Shown here: in pieces, positions 57,660 through 64,000 of the stretch | How the letters are laid out: each line of letters begins with the position of its first letter | How positions within the stretch are numbered: the stretch's first letter is position 1 | Assembly (NCBI GenBank): GCA_045580305.1 | Contig: JAZNNQ010000027.1 | Coordinates: 5,772-69,771, forward strand | Length of the DNA: 64,000 nucleotides | Direction: 5' to 3' | Origin: Eubacteriales bacterium | Lineage (GTDB): Bacteria; Bacillota; Clostridia; Oscillospirales; JAAYXM01 | The notes under the pieces: model-generated | What the model saw: only the letters and a program-made list of their open reading frames with translations | What the model was told of the DNA's origin: nothing | Databases searched by the model: none | Position numbers and translations under genes: made by a program

Positions 57660-58463
57660 ATGCTTATTGATGTTAGTACATATGTAGGCCACTGGCCCTT
57701 CAGAAAGGTTGACGGTGCGACCTTAAACGAAATGGCACCGGTTCTTGCAAAGCACAAAATTACCCACGCTATCGTTTCCAATGTAAACGGTATCTTCTAC
57801 AAAGATGCTATGGAAGGCAACTTAGAGCTTGTTGAAGAACTCAAAAACTACAAAGGTGAGGTTGAGTTTATCCCCTTTGCAGTAATCAATCCCTCTTACA
57901 TTAGTTGGCGTGAGGATATGGAAAAGTGCGTAAAAGAGCTTGGTTTTAAAGGCTTTGACTTTACCCCGGCTTATCACAAGCATGTTTTAGGCAATATTTG
58001 CACCCTTTCCGATCCCTGCTACAAAGAAGCGTTTAAGTTCGCGGGTGAGCTTGGCGTTCCGGTAAGAATTGAGAATGAGTACGAGAACTTCCGTCAGCAT
58101 CACTGGATGGAGAGCAATCTTTCTCCCACAGGTGATCAGATCGCAGATATGCTCGCTGCAAGTGATAAGACAACACTTATCCTTGGTGGTTACTTTGCAG
58201 ATAGAATGGGCGCTCGCATGGCGGAGATTGTGAAGAACCGCAAAAATGTGTTCTTTAACACTCGCCGACTTGATCCCTTCTATGATGCTTGCTACTGGCA
58301 GGCTGCAGTTAATGCGGTAGGTTGTGAACACCTTGTTTTCGGCACAAATTATCCCTTTACACATATTGGCCCGGCACAGGTTGCGCTTACCTTCGCTCCC
58401 CAGACCGAGGAAGAGAAGCAGGCAATTATGTCCGAGAATATCCGCAAATACTTAGGTTTATAA
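57660..58463 (+). CDS. amidohydrolase-fold paralogue lacking the N-terminal HxH motif
   Basis: 267 aa. LIDVSTYVGHWPF sits where this family normally has (I/V)D.H.H.G.WP. Starts 1 nt after the upstream stop. Confidence 0.6.
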   Translation: MLIDVSTYVGHWPFRKVDGATLNEMAPVLAKHKITHAIVSNVNGIFYKDAMEGNLELVEELKNYKGEVEFIPFAVINPSYISWREDMEKCVKELGFKGFDFTPAYHKHVLGNICTLSDPCYKEAFKFAGELGVPVRIENEYENFRQHHWMESNLSPTGDQIADMLAASDKTTLILGGYFADRMGARMAEIVKNRKNVFFNTRRLDPFYDACYWQAAVNAVGCEHLVFGTNYPFTHIGPAQVALTFAPQTEEEKQAIMSENIRKYLGL

Positions 58464-58467
58464 AATG

Positions 58468-58501
58468 AAAAAGAGGAGTGAAAATTCACTCCTCTTTTTT
58501 A
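58468..58501. terminator. bidirectional intrinsic terminator
   Basis: agaggagtga/tcactcctct stem between an A-run and a T-run. Confidence 0.85.
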
Positions 58502-58503
58502 TT

Positions 58504-58971
58504 TTATGCAATGCCTGCTTTTTTGATTTCTGATCTCAGTTTTAAAAATTTATATAGTCCGATATAAAATCCGATGGAGATAGCTATTGCAAATGCCACA
58601 AGCCAGCTGATTCCGGTTACCTTTGCGGAGCGGCGACCTCCGAGCAAATAGGACACGGCAATTGAACCGCCAACAACAGCACCCGTATCTGCTGCGCCTA
58701 TTCCCAATTTAGCAAACCAGGATTTTACCGTTAAAAAGCCATAGAACCAAATGTAGCCCATCCAATAATATGTTATGGGTGCCACGGCCACAATCAAGAT
58801 GATAAGTAAAATTGCCACAAGCTTTTGTTTAACAACAGAAAGTAGTACAATGCTGAGGATTATAGTAACTATCCAGCCAAAAACTTTAAAAATATTCCCC
58901 AATTTCTTTGCGCCTTGGTCTAATAATTCATAGCTTTCCCGCTTTTCTTCTAAGGTTTCGCCAAAATACAT
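58504..58971 (-). CDS. 4-TM membrane protein of unknown function
   Basis: 155 aa. Charged N-terminus then four hydrophobic helices. Divergent from an XRE gene. Confidence 0.6.
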   Translation of the reverse strand: MYFGETLEEKRESYELLDQGAKKLGNIFKVFGWIVTIILSIVLLSVVKQKLVAILLIILIVAVAPITYYWMGYIWFYGFLTVKSWFAKLGIGAADTGAVVGGSIAVSYLLGGRRSAKVTGISWLVAFAIAISIGFYIGLYKFLKLRSEIKKAGIA

Positions 58972-59007
58972 TTTTATTCCTCCATTTAATGAGCATTACC
59001 TCAAGGT

Positions 59008-59025
59008 TGCACCTATATAGGTGCA
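59008..59025. promoter_or_regulatory. perfect 18-bp palindrome TGCACCTATATAGGTGCA (candidate XRE operator) plus a half-site TAGGTGCA at 59076-59083
   Basis: Self-complementary sequence centred in the 123-bp divergent intergenic region. The half-site repeats just before the XRE RBS. Confidence 0.5.
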
Positions 59026-59094
59026 TAAAAATCATAACATTAGTTTATAGTATTGTCAAGAGTTTTGTTCTGATTTAGGTGCAAAGGTGATGCT

Positions 59095-59340
59095 ATGAAC
59101 AAAGGTGTAGAGAAGAAAATTGGCGCTAATATACGGGAAATAAGAGAAGGCATTAAAATGACACAGGATGTACTATCTGCAAAATTGCAGCTAAGAGGTT
59201 GTGACATTACCAGAAGCGCAGTAGCAAAAATCGAGGTAGGACAAAGGCATCTTTACCCCGATGAGATTATTGCAATCAAGGAAATATTAAAGACTGATTT
59301 TGAATCAATTTTCTATGGAATAAAAAAAGAGGAGCAGTAG
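59095..59340 (+). CDS. XRE-family HTH transcriptional regulator
   Basis: 81 aa. IREIREG.KMTQD.LSAKLQ..G.DITRSAVAKIE.G.R... Confidence 0.85.
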   Translation: MNKGVEKKIGANIREIREGIKMTQDVLSAKLQLRGCDITRSAVAKIEVGQRHLYPDEIIAIKEILKTDFESIFYGIKKEEQ

Positions 59341-59352
59341 CTCCTCTTTTTT
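59323..59352 (+). terminator. intrinsic terminator overlapping the XRE stop codon
   Basis: aaaaaagaggagc-agta-gctcctctttttt. Confidence 0.8.
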
Positions 59353-59358
59353 ATATAG

Positions 59359-59478
59359 GCTTCCCCTTGAGGGGAAGCTGTCGAGCAGTATGCGAGACTG
59401 ATGAGGTGGCATATAGTAAAACACCTCATCCGAGTTTGCTGTGCACCCCCACCTTCTCCTCAAGGAGAAGGTTTTTTT
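59359..59478 (+). other. structured intergenic segment: three further hairpins, the last a + strand intrinsic terminator (candidate small RNA or stacked terminators)
   Basis: gcttcccc-ttga-ggggaagc (59359-59378). gatgaggtg-N13-cacctcatc (59400-59430). accttctcc-tcaa-ggagaaggt plus T7 (59451-59478). Confidence 0.25.
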
Positions 59479-59483
59479 AGCTT

Positions 59484-60239
59484 TTATATATTTATTTCAA
59501 GTTCAACCGGGCAGTGGTCGCTACCGAGAATATCCGAGTGGATTTTAGCATCAACTAAATTTTTCTCTAAATCATTTGATGCTAAAAAATAGTCGATGCG
59601 CCAACCTGCGTTCTTCTCTCTTGCCTTAAACATATATGACCACCAGGAATAAGCACCCTCTAAATCCGGATAGAAATGGCGGAAGGTGTCGATAAACCCG
59701 GCAGAGAGCATATTGGTCATCTGCGCCCTCTCCTGCGGGGAGAAACCCGCGTTATTTACATTGGTTTTGGGATTTTTAAGGTCAATTTCCTTGTGTGCGA
59801 CATTCATATCGCCGCAGATAATCGTCGGTTTAACCTTGGAAAGCGCCGCACAGTATGCGCGGAAGTCATCCTCCCACTTCATACGGTAGTCAATTCGCGC
59901 AAGCTCGCGCTGAGCATTGGGCGTGTACACATTAACGAGATAGAACTTCTTAAACTCCGCAGTAATAACGCGGCCCTCGTGGTCGTGCTCGTCGATGCCA
60001 ATGCCGTAGGTAACAGAGATCGGTTTTTCCTTACAAAACACCGCGGTGCCCGAGTAGCCTTTTTTATCCGCGCTGTTCCAGAATTGATGATAATCGGGAA
60101 GCTCAAGAGAAATCTGGTCGGGCTGGAGCTTTGTTTCCTGCAGGCAGAAAACATCCGCATCAATATCGTTGAAAAAGTCCATAAACCCCTTGCCTATACA
60201 GGCGCGGAGTCCGTTTACATTCCAGGAAATCAGTTTCAT
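59484..60239 (-). CDS. xth: exodeoxyribonuclease III
   Basis: 251 aa. MKLISWNVNG.R, LQETK, ...DHCPV.LE. Overlaps the upstream gene by 4 nt (ATGA). Confidence 0.95.
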   Translation of the reverse strand: MKLISWNVNGLRACIGKGFMDFFNDIDADVFCLQETKLQPDQISLELPDYHQFWNSADKKGYSGTAVFCKEKPISVTYGIGIDEHDHEGRVITAEFKKFYLVNVYTPNAQRELARIDYRMKWEDDFRAYCAALSKVKPTIICGDMNVAHKEIDLKNPKTNVNNAGFSPQERAQMTNMLSAGFIDTFRHFYPDLEGAYSWWSYMFKAREKNAGWRIDYFLASNDLEKNLVDAKIHSDILGSDHCPVELEINI

Positions 60240-61930
60240 TCGTATAAGTCTCCTTGTCTGCCAAATTGGTCAAATACCATATTGTATTGTACCATTTTAT
60301 AGCCGAGTAAATTCTCCCCATCGCCATTTTCCCAAATGGGCATTTTGGAGGTCAGATCCAACAGATAATTCTGATGCTCGGTCATTGAAACACCCGCCGC
60401 ATCAAGAAGTAAGGGGGATAAGAAACTTGCGCTTACTTCGAGATCGTGCTTTTCTTCGATGGGATAATTTGCCCAGATAAAGAAGGGCACGGTGTGCTTT
60501 TTAATTTCCATTTCTTCGTCGGTTAGTCCCGCGCGCGCTTTAAGAATATCATAGTATTCTCCCTCAAAGGAAGGTAAATGGTCGCCAAAAAACAGAAGAA
60601 TTGTCGGGCGCTCTCTGGTTTCCAAATAACCAATAAAATCGCGCAGCGCGTTATCTGTAAGGGAAATAAGGGAAAAATATCGCTTCGCCTGCGGGAAATT
60701 ATCCATCTCGGGGAAAGATGCGGTCTCAACCAGATTATCAAAGGCGCGGTCGTAGCCAAAATGATTTTGCATTGTCACATTAAAAATAAATGCAGGAGAG
60801 CTATCCTCTTCCAAAAGCTCGATTATTTTATCAAAGGAAGCCTTGTCGGAGATATATTCTCTGACCATCTCGGGAGTTTCAAAGTCATGATTACACAAAA
60901 ACTTATCAAAGCCAAGACGGGGATATGAGGTATCGCGACTCCAGCCGTCGGGATAGAAGGAGTGCAGACCGATGGTGCGATAGCCCTGCGCCTTAAGGCT
61001 TGAGGCGATGGATGGTGTACTGTCGCCAATAAATTGTACCATAGGATAACTGCCCGGGCGGAGAAGGGGAGTTGCATTACCGGTTAAAAAATCGTACTCG
61101 GTATTACAGGTGCCGCCGCCGAAAACAGATACGCGGGCACTACCCGTTATAGCATTGTCAGAAATCGAATGGAAAAAGGGGATATAGTCGCTCTCCGACT
61201 GTAAATCCGCGATTTGTGACAAGTCCGCAAAGCTCTCATTCATAATGACGACTATATCCGGTGTCATTGTGCCCTCGGTTTCATTATCGCCTATTATTTC
61301 ACGGATGCGCTCGGTGGAATATCCCTCGGGCGGCGGATTTATAAGAGCCTTCATATTGTGAACTATGTTTACCGCCATACCGTTCTGTCGCGATGCATCC
61401 ACCGTATACCAGGGATCGGAGGAAATTGATGACGGGGCGGACCAAAGAATACCCCAAAGAGCGGCAAGCATTATAAGTCCTGCAAAAAATGTTGCATATC
61501 GCGCCTTTTTAAAAAGCGTGGTTTTCCGCAAAAGAAATGCAACAACACAAACCAATACCGTAAGTATAAGGGTAGCGATGAAGGTAAAATCAAGGGTTAT
61601 TATTGAATTGTGCGCCACATTCTGCGCGGTGGTAAGGGCAAAAAGCTCCCAGGGGAGCAGGGCTTTAGTGCGGATAAGTATCATATAATGATTTACAGCA
61701 CCCAAAAGCCACAGAAGCGCACCGGGTACAAGAATGGCAACAAAAAGACTGTTTGAGATACCGTGTATTACAAGGGAAATGCCGAAATACAAAAGCATAT
61801 TCAGCCAGAAGTTAATGCCAAAGGGCGACTGATATGAACCCTGCAGCCACTCGACGATAGAATATATAACAATGGGCATCAAAATAAAAAACAAAATCCG
61901 TGCCCAACGGGGAATTTTTTGACACAACAT
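60236..61930 (-). CDS. LTA synthase (LtaS)/sulfatase-family membrane protein
   Basis: Start refined to the ATG at 61930 (MLCQKIPRW). 5 N-terminal TM helices plus an extracellular alkaline-phosphatase-superfamily domain (..VVIMNESF.., ..FFGDHLP). Confidence 0.8.
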   Translation of the reverse strand: MLCQKIPRWARILFFILMPIVIYSIVEWLQGSYQSPFGINFWLNMLLYFGISLVIHGISNSLFVAILVPGALLWLLGAVNHYMILIRTKALLPWELFALTTAQNVAHNSIITLDFTFIATLILTVLVCVVAFLLRKTTLFKKARYATFFAGLIMLAALWGILWSAPSSISSDPWYTVDASRQNGMAVNIVHNMKALINPPPEGYSTERIREIIGDNETEGTMTPDIVVIMNESFADLSQIADLQSESDYIPFFHSISDNAITGSARVSVFGGGTCNTEYDFLTGNATPLLRPGSYPMVQFIGDSTPSIASSLKAQGYRTIGLHSFYPDGWSRDTSYPRLGFDKFLCNHDFETPEMVREYISDKASFDKIIELLEEDSSPAFIFNVTMQNHFGYDRAFDNLVETASFPEMDNFPQAKRYFSLISLTDNALRDFIGYLETRERPTILLFFGDHLPSFEGEYYDILKARAGLTDEEMEIKKHTVPFFIWANYPIEEKHDLEVSASFLSPLLLDAAGVSMTEHQNYLLDLTSKMPIWENGDGENLLGYKMVQYNMVFDQFGRQGDLYE

Positions 61931-62066
61931 TTTAAAATCACACCTTTTCTTACATATACTACTATAATTCGAGGCAAAGCACAAGGGAAATTATTTTTAT
62001 AAAACAATTGTATTTTATGATCTGTTGTGCTATACTGCAAGAAGAATTTAAGGAGGTGCATACCCT

Positions 62067-63323
62067 TTGTATTCTTTTATCACGACTTTTAACTTGATTA
62101 TATTTTTGATTTTTACTGTTTTCTACTTTTATCAGATTATTTATGCGGTTGTCGGCCTTTTCGGCAAGAGCAAAACCTTTACCGCGGTAAAAAATCACAA
62201 ATTCGGTGTTATCATTTCTGCGCGAAATGAAAGCTTGGTTATTGGGCAACTTATCGAAAGTATTAAGCGCCAGAACTACCCCGGTGAGCTTGTGGATGTT
62301 TTTGTAATTGCCGATAACTGTACAGATAACACAGCCGAGGTCGCTGAAAAGGCGGGGGCTACCGTGTTCGTGCGAGATGATACCGAGCTTATCGGCAAAG
62401 GTTATGCGCTGGACTATGCGTTTGGCATTTTGCATACCGAATATAAGGACCGCGGCTATGAGGGATGGTTTGTATTCGATGCAGATAATCTGCTTGACGA
62501 AAACTATATCCGCGAGATGAACTCGGTCTTTGATGCGGGCTATAAAATGGTTACAAGCTACCGCAACTCAAAAAATTACGACACAAACTGGATTTCAGCG
62601 GGCTCTGCCCTCTGGTTTTTGCGCGAGGCAAAGTATCTTAATAATCCGCGAATGATGCTGGGCACAAGCTGCGCGGTATCCGGCACCGGTTTTTTAATTC
62701 ACGATGAGATTATTCTTAAAAACGGCGGTTGGAAATACCATCTACTTACCGAGGATATTGAGTTTTCGGTTGCAAGCGTAATCGACGGCGGTATGATCGC
62801 ATATTGTGATACGGCGCATCTCTACGACGAGCAGCCGGAAAAACTAAAGCAGGCTTGGCGTCAGCGAGAGCGTTGGGCAAAAGGCTTCTATCAGGTATTC
62901 GGAAAGTACGGTGGAAAACTTTTCAAAACCGCTATTTACGAAAAAAGTTTCTCCTGCTTTGATATGCTTATGACCGTGTCGCCTGCCATGCTCATTACAC
63001 TGCTCAGCATTGTTGTAAACGCGGTGTTCGCCTGTATCGGAATATTCAGTGCGGAAACCCTGCCCCGTCTGGTAAATCATACGCTTATATCTCTGTTTAC
63101 CACCATATTTAACTTCTATTTGATTTTATTCTTTTTCGGTACAATTACAACTATTACCGAGTGGAAGCACATCAGGGGAAAAAGTTGGAAAAAGGTTTTA
63201 TACATCTTCACCTTCCCGTTGTTCCTGTTCCTCTATGTTCCCATCTCCGTTGTAGCTCTGTTTAAAAAGGTCGAATGGAAACCGATCCATCACAGCGTTA
63301 CAAAAACAATCGACGATATATAA
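62067..63323 (+). CDS. family-2 glycosyltransferase, membrane-embedded processive-synthase type
   Basis: TTG start 10 nt after AGGAGG. Has an N-terminal TM, DADN, TEDIEFS, QRERW (the QxxRW motif) and 4 C-terminal TM helices. Confidence 0.8.
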   Translation: MYSFITTFNLIIFLIFTVFYFYQIIYAVVGLFGKSKTFTAVKNHKFGVIISARNESLVIGQLIESIKRQNYPGELVDVFVIADNCTDNTAEVAEKAGATVFVRDDTELIGKGYALDYAFGILHTEYKDRGYEGWFVFDADNLLDENYIREMNSVFDAGYKMVTSYRNSKNYDTNWISAGSALWFLREAKYLNNPRMMLGTSCAVSGTGFLIHDEIILKNGGWKYHLLTEDIEFSVASVIDGGMIAYCDTAHLYDEQPEKLKQAWRQRERWAKGFYQVFGKYGGKLFKTAIYEKSFSCFDMLMTVSPAMLITLLSIVVNAVFACIGIFSAETLPRLVNHTLISLFTTIFNFYLILFFFGTITTITEWKHIRGKSWKKVLYIFTFPLFLFLYVPISVVALFKKVEWKPIHHSVTKTIDDI

Positions 63324-63364
63324 AAAAGCGGTCAATGCTCCTTGAGCATTGACCGCCTTTTTTA
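63322..63364. terminator. bidirectional intrinsic terminator
   Basis: gcggtcaatgctc-ctt-gagcattgaccgc between A- and T-runs. Confidence 0.85.
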
Positions 63365-64000
63365 TCTTCTTCTGCGGCTTCCGCGATATCTGCGGGAATT
63401 GCGTCGTCTGCTGTTAAAGCGGACAATATAGAACAAATAGAAAACGATAAACGCGCCAAGCAGGATGAGAACTATTTTTGCAACCGTGGTACCTAAAAGG
63501 CCGGTAAGAAGATCCCACAGGTAAAGGATAATGGAGCGGTCAACATCGTCTATTGCCACGATATCGGTCTTGCCTAACTCCACACCGTCGTAAATTAGTT
63601 TCACAGTACCTAATTTATCGCCTTTTGCAATGGGAGCATCCATAGTTTCGGGAACATCTTTTATAAGCTCGAACTTGTCTTCTTTAAAATCCTTGGGCAC
63701 AAGACAGGCAAAATCATTCATCGGTGCTGCGATAATGTGGTCTCTGTCCCAGGCAAGGCGAACTCTGATTTCGGCAACCGGTGTGGTTTTTGCCAAAATC
63801 GTCTTTCGCTCGTAATTTTCAAAGCCCCACTTGAAAAGCTTGGTGGACTCTATAAAGTGGCCCTTTTCCTTGTTTTCACCGTACTGAGCACCAAGCACAA
63901 CGGAGATAAGTGATAAATCGCCCTTTGTTGCGCTTGCCGCAAGGCAAAGGCCTGCAGGCGTGGTGTGACCGGTTTTAATGCCGGTGGTGTACTTGTAAAG
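63362..64000 (-). CDS. D-alanyl-D-alanine carboxypeptidase (PBP5-like), C-terminal part; 5' end outside window
   Basis: The frame stays open to the window edge. Contains the KTG box (GIKTGHT), a PBP5 C-terminal beta-domain, a TM anchor and an Arg-rich tail. Confidence 0.85.
   Translation of the reverse strand, partial: LYKYTTGIKTGHTTPAGLCLAASATKGDLSLISVVLGAQYGENKEKGHFIESTKLFKWGFENYERKTILAKTTPVAEIRVRLAWDRDHIIAAPMNDFACLVPKDFKEDKFELIKDVPETMDAPIAKGDKLGTVKLIYDGVELGKTDIVAIDDVDRSIILYLWDLLTGLLGTTVAKIVLILLGAFIVFYLFYIVRFNSRRRNSRRYRGSRRRR

Noticed and set aside
59396-59430. CUGAUGAG string (hammerhead ribozyme core-like) followed by a hairpin.
   Set aside because: The GAUGAGGUG itself forms the stem with CACCUCAUC, and no GAAA core follows the hairpin. 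The hammerhead three-way junction cannot be drawn.
59401-59592. 63-aa + strand ORF (MRWHIVKHLIRVCC...).
   Set aside because: It runs through the hairpin stack and into the antisense of xth. It has no RBS and is implausible as a gene.
61962-62435. 157-aa minus-strand ORF across the GT2 start, and the N-terminal extensions given by the ORF track for many genes. Examples: rpsD 2621, rplQ 4402, argH 6986, GNAT 38375, ntpK 50383, LtaS 61984.
   Set aside because: Downstream ATG/TTG codons with proper Shine-Dalgarno spacing and conserved N-termini fit better. The upstream extensions cross terminators or neighbouring genes.

Overview
Chromosomal window from a Clostridia-type Firmicute, judged from gene content (KOW gene between map and infA, SLH surface proteins, V-type ATPase, mini-RNase III) and not from any search. 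It is mostly housekeeping. 1-4.8 kb holds the end of the ribosomal spc/alpha cluster (adk', map, KOW protein, infA, rpmJ, rpsM, rpsK, rpsD, rpoA, rplQ). tspO follows on the minus strand. 5.7-13.7 kb is a complete arginine operon, argGHCJBDF, with ARG-box-like operators. 13.7-16.3 kb is a visibly AT-richer accessory islet: XRE repressor, Cys-rich Zn-ribbon-like protein, JAB/MPN-like protein, membrane protein and unknowns, with a 105-bp leader present twice. 16.4-25.6 kb encodes three SLH-anchored surface proteins around a B12-type radical SAM gene. The rest is a MaoC hotdog protein, an orphan membrane protein, carAB, a ClpA-architecture Clp ATPase, ferredoxin, a methyltransferase, lexA with an SOS box, an MBOAT plus SGNH/DltD-like pair, a GNAT, a lipoprotein, a ChvE-type sugar ABC transporter, argS-apgM-yebC, a 45-aa N/Q/K-rich peptide, mrnC, a nine-gene V-type ATPase operon, two amidohydrolase-fold genes, an XRE plus 4-TM pair, xth, an LtaS-family gene, a processive-type GT2 and a truncated D-Ala-D-Ala carboxypeptidase. 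I saw no rRNA, tRNA, CRISPR array, transposase or integrase. The best candidate for something undescribed is the 13.7-16.3 kb islet. All calls come from reading the translations and the DNA, with no database search. Where it gives a better RBS or start, I refined starts relative to the ORF track.
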